A stretch of DNA of 64,000 bases from Amoebidium appalachense. Lineage: Eukaryota > Protista > Ichthyosporea. The notes under the pieces are model-generated. The model was not told where the DNA came from and did not search any database. It worked only from the letters and a program-made list of their open reading frames with translations. This document shows positions 37,411 to 51,396 of this stretch, one piece after another (within the stretch, counting starts at the first letter, position 1; the number at the start of each line of letters is the position of its first letter). The stretch spans positions 9,258,554 to 9,322,553 of the forward strand of contig CAVNZM010000010.1 of assembly GCA_963693365.1 (NCBI GenBank). The letters run 5' to 3'. The position numbers and the translations under genes were made by a program.

Positions 37411-40400
37411 ACACATACACACACACACACGGATGGAACGTGCAGTGTCCCTGCCAGCCCAGCCGTGGTGCGCAAGGTATGTGCCCCCCCCCCCCCCCCC
37501 CCTCCCCCCTCCCCCTTTTTTTCCTGCAACCCCTCTGACCGTGGCTTCTGCAGCTTGTCAAGTCCACCGCCAGTCCTGCGCCCCGTATGGCCCCAGCAGC
37601 CCCCCCACCGTCCTTTGCGCCCAAGGCCCTGGGGCTTGCACCCACCCCCACAGCCACAGCGTCATTGGGCTCGTCTGCCTTTGCAGCAGGGAGCATGCCC
37701 ACCACCCAGCCCACCAGCCAGGCCCCCAAGGCCCCAGCGCCAGCCTCCACCCCTGCCGGGCCAGCACAGCCCAAGGCCCCCTCCAGCATGGCCTTTGCCC
37801 TGCCGCCAGCCGCAGCAGCAGGAGCTGGTGCGGGGCCCAAGGCTGGGCCGGGGCTGTCGTTTGGGGCCTTGGGCAGCCAGGCCCCAGCATCCAGCCCGTT
37901 TGGTCAGCCACCGGGCCAGGCCCCAGCCAAGAACGGCGCTGGCCTGTCCTTTGGCAGCCTGCCCACCCCCCTGCGGCAAAGGCAACAACCACGGCAGAGG
38001 CCCCAGGGCTCTCGGTTGGGGCCAAGCTCCCAGCCATGCCCCTGGGCCCTGCCCAGGCCACTGGGGGGCCGGCAAAGATGCCAGCCAGCAACCCAGCAGC
38101 TGGGGGGAGGCACCCAAGCAGGCCCCGCTTTCCTTTGGCCCACTGAAGGCCCCGGCCGGGCCTGTGGGCAGGCTGGGGCTGGGTGGTGGGGCAGCAGGCA
38201 CGGGCAGTGGGTTGGGGGATCAGGGGGCTGTGGCTGGGGGCAGCAGTGGGTCGGACAGTGACGAGTTGGAGGGCCTGGAGGATGACCTGCAGCAACTGGC
38301 CAGCGTGGCAGGTAGAGGGGGGGGGAGGGGGGGGGGGAGGGAGGGGGAGGGGGGGGGGGGGGAGGAGGGAAGGGGTGCATTCAGTGGGTGCATGGGTTAG
38401 GGTGGCATGTGTACCCACACACTGGGGTGTAGGTGGAGGCCCGCAGTTGCACATGTGCATGTGATAGGCATTGGGAGGGGGGGGGGGAGGGGGGGGGGGG
38501 ACATTGCGCGCACCTGCGGCTGGGTCCTGGTTTTGTGGCTGACACTGTGGCTCACAGCACCGCCGAAACCCAAGGCCCCAGCAGCCCCAGCCAGCCAGCC
38601 TGCCGCAACCCTGCCAGCCTTTGGCGCAGGCCTGACAAAGCCCCAGCCCACGGCCCCTGCTGCCGCCCCAGCCCCCACCCCAGCAGCCACCAGCCAGGCC
38701 CCAGCCACAGCTACGGCGCAGCAGGCCCCAACAGGGCCCACGAGCATCTTTGCACAGGCCCCTGCAGCGGCAGCACCAGCAACGTCAGGGTCCCTGTTCA
38801 AGCCCACCACGGCTGCAACCACACAGGCCCCGGCACCGGCATTTGGTGCGACAACCACACAGGCCCCGAAGGCGGCATTTGGTGCGACAACCACACAGGC
38901 CCCGAAGGCGGCATTTGGTGCGACAACCACACAGGCCCCAGCATTTGGTGCGCCGACAACCACACAGGCCCCGGCCCCGGCGCCAGCATTTGGTGCGACA
39001 ACCACACAGGCCCCGGCACCGGCGTTTGGTGCGACAGCAACCCAGGCCCCGGCACCGGCGTTTGGTGCGTCTATCACACAGGCCCCGGCATTTGGTGCCC
39101 AGCAGGCCCCAGCAGCACAGCAACAGCAGGGCACGGCTGCAGGTGCGGTCTTGCACGTACACAAACACATGCGCATATGCTCACACACATACACACTCAT
39201 GCGCTTGCGTGTGGACACACGCACACACACATACATGCAAAAAACTGAATATGGACTGTAGACACACACGCACGCACAGGCACACGCACGCGGCACGGGC
39301 GCTGACGGTGGTTGTTACAGGCACGCACATATACACACTTACAATCACAGGCACATACACACACATGCACTCACATACAGTCACAGGCACACACACATCT
39401 ACACACACACAGTCACAGGCACACACACACATACGCACACACAGTCACAGGCACACACACATACACACACACACAGCCACAGGCACACACACATATACAC
39501 ACACAGGCACAGGCACACACACACACACACACACACACAGTCACAGGCACACACACACATACACACACACAGTCACAGGCACACACACAAATACACACGC
39601 ACAGCCACAGGCACACACACACATATATACACACACAGTCACAGGCACACACACACATGCACACACACAGTCACAGGCACACACACATATACACACACAC
39701 AGTCACAGGCACACACACATACACACACAGTCATAGGCACACACACACATACGCACACACAGTCACAGGCACACACAGTCATAGGCACACACACACATAC
39801 GCACACACAGTCACAGGCACACACACACATACACACACACAGTCACAGGCACACACACACATACGCACACACAGTCACAGGCACACACACACATACGCAC
39901 ACACAGTCACAGGCACACACAGTCACATGCACACACACACATACGCACACACAGTCACAGGCACACACACACATACGCACACACATTCACAGGCACACAC
40001 ACACATACGCACACACAGTCACAGGCACATACAGTCACAGGCACACACACACATACGCACACACAGTCACAGGCACACACACACATACGCACACACAGTC
40101 ACAGGCACACACACACATACGCACACACAGTCACAGGCACACACACATACGCACACAGTCACAGGCACACACACACATACGCACACACAGTCACAGGCAC
40201 ACACACATATACACACACACAGTCACAGGCACACACACATATACACACACACAGTCACAGGCACACACACATATACACACACACAGTCACAGGCACACAC
40301 ACATATACACACACAGTCACAGGCACACACACATGTACACACACACAGTCACAGGCACACACACACTCATGCACGTGCTGATGTGGTGCTGCAGGGGGCT

Positions 40401-41643
40401 TTGGCGGTATGGGTAGCCTGGGGCTGGGCAGCAGCACACCCATCAACGACCCTAACAAGAACCCCTTTGGTGGCGGCTCCATCGCTTGTAATCCCCCCCC
40501 CAACCACCGCCACGACCACCCACACAGACACACACCCAGCCAGGCCCACAGCATGGTCACCAAATGTGCACACACACCCCTTCATGTGCATGCTGTGTGC
40601 CTGACATTCTCATAGGCCGTAACGGCCGTCTGCCCCCTGTGCCCTTGGTCTGGGCCTATCTATGGCTCACTGGCCCCTAGTCCCACCCTCATCCCTGCTG
40701 ACCCGCTGCCCCCCAGCCACGGCGCCAGCGCCTCGGGACCCGTCAGCAGGCCTGATCCAGCCCCCCCGCCTGGCCGGGCCTGGCGTTGGCAGCCAGGTGT
40801 GTGCACGGGCTGGGGCCCATGTGCGTGTGGGCAACACTGACACGCAGGGCAGGCCACAGCCAGCACCGGGACCGGGTTTGGGTCTGCCTTTGGGGCCAGC
40901 CCGGCCAAGCCGGCCTTTGGCACAGCCGCCAGCCAGCCGGCCTTTGGCAACACGGGCCTAACCGCCACTCAGCCGGCATTTGGTTCCAGCGGGCTCAAGC
41001 CAGCCGCCCCCAGCCAGCCGGCATTTGGCAGCACACCGGCATTTGGGAGCTCCGGGCTGGGGGCAGCAGCCTCGGGCCAGCCGGCATTTGGGGCCAGCGG
41101 GCTGGGGGCCACGGCCCCTGGGTTTGCGGCACCCGCATTCGGCAGCAAAGCCGGTGGGTGCCTGCAGGCCATGCACAGGCCACACGTGGGGGTGGTGTGG
41201 CTGAGAGGCAGGGGGCAATGCTGATGCACACTGACTGCTGGGCTCAGGGTTCGGCGGTGGTGGGGCCTTTGGAGCAGCCCCGGCAAGGTGAGTGCATGGG
41301 GGGGCAGGGGGGGGTGATGTGGTAGATGGGTGGCCGTGCTGGTGTGGGGGCATGTGGGCAGGGTGGGTGGTGACGTGGGCATGCAGCCAGGGCAGCCAGC
41401 CAGCCACACCTGCTGGGGGCCGCCTGTTTGGCGGTGGCCAGGCCTCGGGCTTTGGCAGCTTTGCAGCAGCAGCTGGGGCTGGCGGTGGATTTGGGCAGGC
41501 TGCACAGCAACCGGGGTAAGGGGGGGGGGGGGGGGGGGGGGGGGGGGGAGAGGGTTGGCTGAATAGTGGATACCGTGTGTGGTGGTTCACTGGCACATAC
41601 ATACTCCTGCATCCCCCAGCCAAACACACGCACACTAACACAC

Positions 41644-41681
<38 letters not shown>

Positions 41682-42202
41682 GCACGCACCATCGCTTACT
41701 CGATCACTCACACACACACCACACACACACAAAGACACACACACACACACAGACACACACACACATACACACACACACAGACACGCACGCACACACGAAC
41801 GCACGCCCACACGACACACACACCCACACACACACACACACATACACACACACACACATGCTTTTTCCTCCCCTAAACACACACACAAAAAAACCCGTGC
41901 GCGCACGCGCGCAGACACGCACACTCCATCACTTGCTCAATCCCTCACGCACGCGCGCACACGCATTCCCAAATACAGGTTCATTCAACCACTTAATGTC
42001 CTCAGGCGTCCTCTTGACGTGTGCTTTGCACTCTGCATTTTGTACAGTTGTCACCTTGTGATGTGTCGACGGTTCAGGCTGTGTACATCCTACTCTAGAA
42101 CACATCCTAACCCCCCCCCCCCCCCCCCCCCCTTCCCCCTTGGCACCACACCCAAACACACACGTACCTTACAGGCTTACAGATATACCCCCTCGCCTCT
42201 CC

Positions 42203-42259
<57 letters not shown>

Positions 42260-42922
42260 AAAAAAAAAAAAAGGAAAGAAAGGAAAAAAAAACACTCACC
42301 ACCCATGCACCCACACACGTAAGCACAGACATTTGCGTCCATGCACACGGGCACATCGTAGCATGCCCTCTCACAGTCCCTCCTACACAACCCTTACTTT
42401 CCAGCTCCCCATCAGAGACGTGCGCATACACACACACACACACACACACACATACTCGCGTGTGTGCATAACAGCACGTAAGGTTGTGCACATGATAGCA
42501 CACACTCATCCTCTCCCACACGCACAGGCGCCGTGCACACATACACGCACACGCACACACGTGCATGCTATGCTTAATGTGGTTGATGGGCTGCAGGGGC
42601 TTTGGGGGAGGAGGAGCCTTTGGTGGTGCAGCAGCAACCCCGGGCAGGTTGGTGGGACGGGCAGGGGGATTTGATGTGTGTGTGGGTGCAGGGGCATCGT
42701 GCATGTGTGTGTGTTTGCGGGAAAACGGGTGGGCCAGGCATTGTTATGCATGCTGCACATGTGGGTGCAGGGCGGCATTGTCATGCATGCAGGGGAGGGG
42801 GAGGGATGGCAACACAGGGGCACGTGCAAGTGTTGCCATCCCCCTGCCTGGACACCACCTGACTGGCTGCTAACACCTGCTGCAGTGGTTCCGTGCCCAG
42901 CTTCAGCAAGGGCCGCTACTGA
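30033..42922 (+). CDS. NUP214: FG-repeat nucleoporin NUP214/Nup159: N-terminal beta-propeller, FG repeats, coiled coil, C-terminal FG repeats; more than 20 exons, with homopolymer frameshifts
   Basis: ccaccATGGCG start. Propeller exons include [40 protein letters not shown] and [15 protein letters not shown]. Large SIFG/SMFG repeat exon at 33711-35430, coiled-coil exons at 35490-36960, AFG/PAFG repeats and NKNPFGG, ending PSFSKGRY* at 42922. Confidence 0.85.
33868..35075 (+). repeat. Coding 36-39-bp tandem repeat ([13 protein letters not shown] / [13 protein letters not shown])n inside NUP214
   Basis: More than 20 units in three blocks, near-identical at the DNA level. Confidence 0.92.
39310..40370. 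repeat. Intronic minisatellite (cacagtcacaggcacacacacata..)n
   Basis: More than 30 units in a NUP214 intron. Confidence 0.9.
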
Positions 42923-42931
42923 TGAGGGTAC

Positions 42932-43200
42932 CGGGCCAGCAAAATGGACACACAGTGGCGCCAGCAAATAAAAATAGACACACAGTGGGGCCAGCAAATA
43001 GAAATAGACACACAGTGGGGCCAGCAAATAAAAATAGACACACAGTGGGGCCAGCAAATAAGAATAAACACACAGTGGGGCCAGCAAATAAGAATATACA
43101 CACAGTGGGGCCAGCAAATAAGAATATATATACACACATTGGGGCCAGCAAATATACACACAGTGAGCAAATATACACACAGTGAGCAAATATACACATG
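42932..43200. repeat. 30-bp minisatellite (ccagcaaataaaaatagacacacagtgggg)n just after the NUP214 stop
   Basis: About 7 units followed by decayed copies. Confidence 0.9.
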
Positions 43201-44060
43201 CTGTCTACTGCCCTCCGGGCCACTGGGGCGCAGGGTGGCTGTGTGCTGTCCATCTCTGGGCCTGCACATGGGTGTCTAACCTTGCACCCACCGTTTGGCA
43301 CTGCACGTCTCATGTGGTGTGTGTGTGTGCCCCGGTGCAGCGTCATGCATGCAGTGCATGTGCACGTGGCCACCATATGCATGAAGACCACACGGTGTCA
43401 TGGCCTGTGGGCTGAGGCCGTCGATGGAAGCTCTTGCCAACATCGATGAAGGGGAAGATGGAGGGTTGGAGGGGTGTGTGTGCATGGTGTTGGGAGGGTT
43501 GGAGGTGTGTGTTGGGAGGGGGGTATTGTTACCTCGGGTACCGCTATATAGTACACCGAAGTTTTGAATGAGACCGGGATGTCGTGTCCACGTTGCATGG
43601 CTGGGCCTGCATGTAGGTCGGTAGTGTCGGTGGCCGAATAGGGCACCAGCACACGGGCTGACAAGGCCCGGGTTTACACCGCTCTCGAGAGCTGCATATG
43701 CATGCCATCTGGCCTATGAGGGGCACATTATTGAAAGTGCTGCAAAGCATCCCTGGGAACTCCTGGGAGCCTTCCGAAGACCGACTAAGATATTATACTT
43801 TGGGGCATGATGGGCATACTGCCGTCCGCCAGTGTATGCTTGCAGCGGCCACCATTATGGGTAAGAGTTTCCGAGCAGGCATGTACGAGAAGGCTTAACC
43901 TGCCGCAAGCAACAATCAATGTCCCTGGGTCTGGCCTGCCAGTGTGCGGGGCTTTTGTGTCTGCCTGTATATGAATTTATGCAAGTTGCTGCAAAAGGCT
44001 GCCAACAGACTGTTTGGTGTGTGTTCGTGTGCACGTGTGCGCTGTGTGGCTAGCTCTTCG

Positions 44061-44097
<37 letters not shown>

Positions 44098-44821
44098 GTG
44101 GGGGTTTTTTGCAATTTGGGGGGGGGGGGGGGGGGGAGGAGGGAGGCGGGGGGGATATCAGTTAGGTCTAAGTACCGTTCATGATCAAATGCTACTGAGC
44201 GGCTTCAGACTTCCTTGACCTACGTACAGAGCCGGCGAGCACCAACCACACGTCCTCCTCACCCACGGCCGCCGTACACCAGTAACACCGCACATTAATC
44301 CGCACAACGAACCCTCTCTCGCATTCTCTCCCATCTGATTGGACAAAACAAGATCCGAAGACGTAAAATCAGGGGGGAACAGTTCGATCCCCGAGAGATT
44401 TACAAGGGGCCGTTGGGCCCCTCTAGCAGGGTTGGGGGGCGGCAGCCTCCCCATTTACGGCCCAGACACACAGGGTTATGGTTATTGGGTTTATGTTTTT
44501 ATTTTGGCCCAAAATTAATTATTAAATACTGTTTTTTTAGCGGCTTATGTGCACGATCTCCCTATGCCTAGGGGCCTCCGTCGTACGGACTTTCTCATTG
44601 CACCGTATCGATATCTGGTTCTTCGATCACTACCAGTCTGTTGCACACTATTTTGATACATCAACCCAACTTCATTGACTTGTGGGGACAAATTGAACTA
44701 GGCAATTTCAAAAGCACTAGATAAACAACTCCAAATTCTAAATTCTATGATTTGCTAAGTATTGCTGTTGAACTGGGAAGGGGACTGTTTTTGTTTTTGT
44801 TTTTTGCCTTGCATTTTTCTT

Positions 44822-44852
<31 letters not shown>

Positions 44853-44853
44853 G

Positions 44854-44899
<46 letters not shown>

Positions 44900-45316
44900 C
44901 GAGTACAGGGCGTGACTGAATTTAAGACCATTGGTACTTTGAAGTAGGGTCTAATCAAGTTATTTTCCGGGGCCAATAGCCTTTATTATCTTTATTTTTG
45001 CCCTGCCATTTTTAGTTCGGTCATTTTTTTGTTTTGAAGGGGGGGGGGGGGGGGGGGGGAGGAGGGGGACCTGGTTATGATCATTCCAAATTCTCATAGT
45101 GCCATGTGTGTGCACTGAAAATACTCAGTTTTGACCGTTGCTATAAACGAGGCCGAACATGCTAGTAGATAGGGCAGTCACAGTTACAAACATAGGCAGT
45201 GGCACCACTGATGTCCAGCCATTGTGGACCGTGGGTTGGCTAAGCCTGCGGGGACATGTGGCTTTTGCACACACCAAGACGGTGTACATGTGCATGTGTG
45301 CGCACGAGGCTCACTC

Positions 45317-45442
<126 letters not shown>

Positions 45443-45975
45443 CACGTCACGGTGTATGATTGATACAGTATGTGGGGAGAGGGGGGGGGGGGGGGGGGAG
45501 GGGGGGGGAGAACGGGAAGGAGCGCAGGAAAAGAGGGTGTGGGAGGCGCGTTAAAAGACAAAAACTCAGCTTGGGCTCCTGGCGCAGTAGCACGGAAGCA
45601 ACAAATTTCTTAATTAAAAATAAGAACAAAGCCGACTGACACTGCTTTTTTCGGTCGCGCATGCGTAGCCTACGAGAAGGCATCGGGGCCCCATGGCTCC
45701 CTCTATGAAAATGCACGTAATGTCGCGAAGAAGGGAGAGTGTATTTAGTTTTGGCGTATGTAATACATTAATACTATTCTCAATCACCGTAACTATTGTA
45801 ATATCCGATTCAACAGTTTATGGGGCTATGTCCTTTTGTTCCATGCGAATTATTGTGTGAGCTCAAACATTGCGCGAACTACCAGAAATGCCGTGCCAAG
45901 TAAGCAAACACGGGCCACCTCCTTCTCCCACCCCCTTTCCCTTCCCCTTCACACTTTTTAGACATGCAGGCATCT

Positions 45976-46010
<35 letters not shown>

Positions 46011-46137
46011 CTCTCCCTTCATCCCCTTCCCCCTGGTTCCCCTTCTCAAACACCCACACACAGTGAAAACACCTACCCCACGACCACACGACCGCGTGTG
46101 CAGGCACACACACCCTGACGGACACAAAAACAAACAC

Positions 46138-46208
<71 letters not shown>

Positions 46209-46513
46209 CGTGGGTCATGATCCCGACCGCTCAGACAGCCAATCATGCGCTGCCTACGAAAGGTTGCTGACTGGTTATTGAAACAAGCAACCACTACCAC
46301 ACACGTCATGATGGTATTTTCTTTACATGCTTGGAGGTCCTGACAGTTGAGTTTTTGGCTGCAAATTCAGTTAATGGACCCCACTCCCCACCTCCTTCCC
46401 TCCTGCGCCGTGCCCACACATATGCACTATACACACGTAATGATGATCATGGTATCTTATGATATCATCATATGCACACACACACACACACACACACTGA
46501 CACACACACACTG

Positions 46514-46590
<77 letters not shown>

Positions 46591-46628
46591 CGCGCGCACA
46601 AACACGCAAAACACACAGAGACACACAT

Positions 46629-46672
<44 letters not shown>

Positions 46673-47054
46673 AAACACACCCGACACATAAACACACACA
46701 CACCGTACGCCATACACACACACACACACAGTGACGCATACCGTGAGTATCATGTGCCGTACGATTTTTTCATTTTCATAGTATCATAACCGTGAAGTAA
46801 TTGAATATATTGATTTGCACTCTGTCCCCTTCCAGTACTTTTACTGTCCCAACCCACCCACCGCTGTGCCGCAGTACAACTCCCTGTTTCCTGAAAACAC
46901 GCTTTAACATTGGAAATTGCCACGGCGTGCCTTCCATATCACTGGCTTGGCCACTGAAATGGATCCATGTGTGGCGGCCGACTAAGGTGCCACTCAGTCT
47001 GGGTGGGTGGGTTGGGGGAGGGGAGGGGGGAGGTAGGGGAGGGGCCGGCGGCGG

Positions 47055-47093
<39 letters not shown>

Positions 47094-47270
47094 GGGGGGG
47101 AGGGGGGGGGGAGGGGAGAGGGGGGGGGGGGGCCCGGGGGTAGTGTGTGACATCCAAAGAACTGTGAACACTTTCTATACACATGTTAGTGGTCCGAGTT
47201 GGATTTTGAATAGTGACTTCAAAAAGACTGGTGGCCAGATGTTTTATTTAGAGATTTTTTATATTGAATG

Positions 47271-47349
<79 letters not shown>

Positions 47350-47992
47350 GGGGGGGGGGATAGTAGTAGATATCAAGGTTCCAATAGTGATACCCGTGCC
47401 CTCCCCTCCCGGGTGGGAACGGAGGAGGGGGGGGGGGGGGGGGGGGGGGGGACCACCTGCCCGGTGGGGTGCACGGAGGCCTCCCCCAGCCCTGACCTCT
47501 TCCCCCCCCCCCCCCCCCCCCCCACCCTTCCCCCCAAATAAACCCCCCCTTCCCCCCCCCTTCCCCCGTCCCCCTTCCCCCCCTCCTCCCCCCCCCCCCT
47601 CCCCGGGTGCCCCCCCTCCCCCCGTCCCTCCCTCCTAATTAGGAACTCTGCCGCCTGGTTCAATCCCCCATATTCTGCGTATATCTTTTTGGCAACCTGT
47701 TTTGTGTTCTTTCATTTCAACTCCCACCTCCCCCCCCCCCCCCCCCCCCCCCCCTTCCCCCACCCTAGACTCTCCTCCCTTGCCCCTACCCACCAACTTC
47801 TTCTAGTTCAGCTCGGTGACTCAAAATATTATTGGGGGAAACATAAGTGGTTGCATGTGGGTCAACCACGGGATATGTATGTGTTTGTGTTGTGCACCTG
47901 CAGCACAAGGTACATCCAGCACCATGATGTGTGTGTCGCAAACATGTTTTTGACACGGAACGAATGCAACATATGCGCGCTATATGATGTCT

Positions 47993-48050
<58 letters not shown>

Positions 48051-48760
48051 ACGTGTGTGACGCCGTGACCTGTGTGTGTGAGCCAGGCGTGTCACAGCCA
48101 CGGTGCACGTTGGTGCCACCTTAACGGCGTGTTCTAGGTGTGTGCGGGGGTACCATAAGTGTGCGGGGGTACCATAATTGTGTCTTAGATAGTGAGTCCA
48201 AGCTTATCTGCTTGGCCCGCGCACACACGTGCGTGTCTTCTGTGACATTGTGCACGTGTATGTGTGCGTGTGTGAGCGTCGTTCAACTGGAAAAGTTTTT
48301 TTTGAATGTGTGCAAGTACACGATGCGCCAGAGAGACTCTGGCACACGGGGGGGGGGGGGGAGGGGGGGGGGGGGGAGGAGGGGGGAGGAGGGAGGGGGG
48401 AAAGGGGGGAAAGGGGGGAGGTCTAGAGAGAAAGGGGTGGGTGGATGGGTGGATGGGTGGGTGGGGGGAGGGGGGGGGAGGGGTTCGGGGGTGAGAAAGA
48501 AGAAGGGGGAGAGAGAAAGCGTATGTCTGTGCACGCTGTGCCTGTACCCCACCTCCCCACTCCCCTGAGTGCTCCCCTGTGGTGGGTGAGCCCTGCCATC
48601 CCCCAACCCTCCCCAAGGGGTGGGTGCGACCCCCCTTCCCCTTCCCGGGATGAGGGGGGGGGCGGCCCAGGGACGTGGGTGGTAGGTGTCTCCTCCCCTC
48701 TCCCCCGCGTTTGTGGTGTGGTGGTGGTGGTGTACAGATGCGCGGCACGTGTGCCTGTGT

Positions 48761-48850
<90 letters not shown>

Positions 48851-49248
48851 CACTGTGTGTGTGCGTGTGTGTGCAAGTGGTGTGCAAGTGTGTATTCGTG
48901 TGTGCGTTTGTGTGTGGGTGTGGGTTTGTGTGTGCGTGTGTGCGTTTGTGTGTGTGTTTATTGGGGAAGGGGGAAGGGGGAGGATTGCGCGATGCAGGGG
49001 CGGGGGGGGGGGGGGGGGGGGGGGAGGGGGGAAAGAGATCGAGAGAGGGAGAGGGGGGGGGGGGGGGGGATTGGCCTGAGAAAGGGGAGGGGGTGGTGGT
49101 GGTGGTGGGTGTAGTGGGGGGGCACATTTCAAAGTTCTGCAAAAGGTATGGCCCGTTAGCTTCAAATATCCACCTCCGTGCTGGCCAGCATAAAACCAGA
49201 TCTGTATTTCAGGAGATAATTCAGGTGCAGGTGGTTCAAAAATCGGGT

Positions 49249-49440
49249 ACGTGGTTACTGGGACATAGGCATACGGTGCGTATACAGTGTGTGTACAAGT
49301 GTGTACATTGTGAAACGTGGTTACTGGGACATAGGCATACGGTGCGTATACAGTGTGTGTACAGTGTGTACATTGTGATCATACGTATGCGTATACAGCT
49401 CCGTACGCATACGTATGCGTATACAGCTCCGTACGCATGA
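49249..49440. repeat. Two adjacent tandem duplications (66 bp x2, 28 bp x2)
   Basis: acgtggttactgggacataggcatacggtgcgtatacagtgtgtgtaca.. x2, then catacgtatgcgtatacagctccgtacg x2. Confidence 0.85.
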
Positions 49441-51396
49441 TGCGTGCTCTTACCCATAAGGCTGTATATCACCGAGCTGGCACTCTACAAATCTGGTGTT
49501 ACGCAATCGAGAAGCCGTGTTCACCAAAGTCCGAACCACCGGCTAATGACGTTGAAACATGTATGTGCATGCCGTTGCATGATCATGATTGCGCAAACAG
49601 TTGAATAAACCAGCGAGCAATGCGCCGAGCATGGGCCCATGGCCAGTGCCTAGCTTCCGGCTAGTCTATGCACGTTACATTCACGTGATGGGTGACTGAT
49701 AATATAATATGAGCCCTGGCCTGTACCCACGCACCCGCATGATCAATTCATGACAGGACAGGCACGCACATGCAACATGCAACAAAAAAAGGATGCTCGA
49801 AAACGTGCAAACCGTTTCTTTGAGGATTATAAGAAAGAAGAAAATGGGCGGGCATTTTGAATTAGGCATAATAATTTCATTGTCCCGACACGTCATGATG
49901 AATGTGCATAGGTTGCCGCGCAAGGGCTAATATTAGCAGCCTAGCCATGGAAGACTGTGGCCGCCGTTGTAGTTGCGGCAGGGCGCAGGCACGCCCACGG
50001 TACGTGGTGCCAGTGCTGGAATGCGTCACCACTACATTCCGAAAGAGCGAAGCTGGGGCTTTTCTAAAGCTGATGATACACGTACGTCATGCTTCTGAGT
50101 TTTGCAACCCTTTTATTTTCAAGCAAACATAGCCTAAAAATCGGTAATTGCCTGGAGACTTTTTAAATAGATTTTAATAAAAAAAAACCACTTCTTACAA
50201 TATCATTTGATAACACTGGCTGAACTGATGATCTAAAATATAGCCTAGCAGTGCACTGCCCAGCACAGTCATGCCCAGATCAAGCCTTCAACCAGTAACA
50301 TTTAGGTACCTGTGTGGCTTGTGGGGGTCTTCATTTTTAAAAAATACATTGTTACCGAAATGTTTTGTTCAACTCAAGTAACATTCAGTGTTTTGTTGGG
50401 GATTAAAAAAAACTCAAAAAATTATGATAGAACAATACAAATGGTATGGCCTAGCTAGACTTGAATAAAAACTCAATTTATTATAAAGAAGAAGATACCA
50501 GGAGGAAAATTGGTGTTATGTTGGGATCATCAGTTATTGATCTCGACACTCGCGGGAGACATCTCATGTACCTGGTACACCAATCAGCTTGTTGGTCTCA
50601 GTAGCCAATCAAACCTTGCTTATGATTGGATAAGAATTGGGTGGGGCCCAATTCAATGTTTGCATCAACTAAAACAATATACTTTGAATAAGCATAAGTT
50701 TTCGCGAAGTAAAAGTAAACATCAAAAAATTTGACATATAAAATAAGAAATGTGGTTTTCAAATACATACAATAATGTTAGGGATGTACATAAAATACGA
50801 ATGTTTCAGGTTGCGCCGGCGCCGCTGCGGTAGTTGGAAGCCTCAGGAATTCCCTGTAACAGACCCCCCCGGGGCAAAAAGGCGAATTCTTGTAGCAGTT
50901 TTAATTGGTGAAAGTGTTTGCCGACATCTTCATCTATAGACGTCCAGTTACGTGTAGCTATATGCTGGTATTAGGTCTTAACACTAATCAAGGAATCCAG
51001 TTAAAAGTTATAAAATTAATGTTTTTAAAGATCATGGACATGAATTACCAGTTAGGAATCAACCAAGCATATAGGCCTTGCCCAGCAGTCGCTCATGTCG
51101 CCCAGTGCTTGTATCAGATGCTGATGAAGACACTTCGAGTCTCATGTTTCTGTTCGAGCAAGACATGTGACCTGTCCCGCCTTACCGACGAAGCTTTGCA
51201 CCAAGAGAAAGGAAAGCATTTATAGGTGACCAAACGCGAGCAGAGAAGACAGTGGTAGAAATACGCAGTAACAGTTCTTGATTTTTTTTCTTAAAGTTAC
51301 ACGTCAAGTAGTTTAGGCGAAAGGCTTGCATGGCTGGTTTGGGCTGTGTACTCGAGGCAGGAGGGTGCACCCAACCCGTGCAAGGGGGCAGGCGGC

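Noticed and set aside
34255-38115. Frameshifts in NUP214 at about 34265, 37968 and 38105 as programmed frameshifting or pseudogenisation
   Set aside because: All lie in G or C homopolymers, and the first is G5 where sister repeats have G4. This is typical of long-read consensus errors in an essential gene.
43530-44760. Complex non-repetitive islands as an LTR or coding remnant
   Set aside because: No paired repeats, TG..CA ends or recognisable protein motifs within the window. It needs a homology search.
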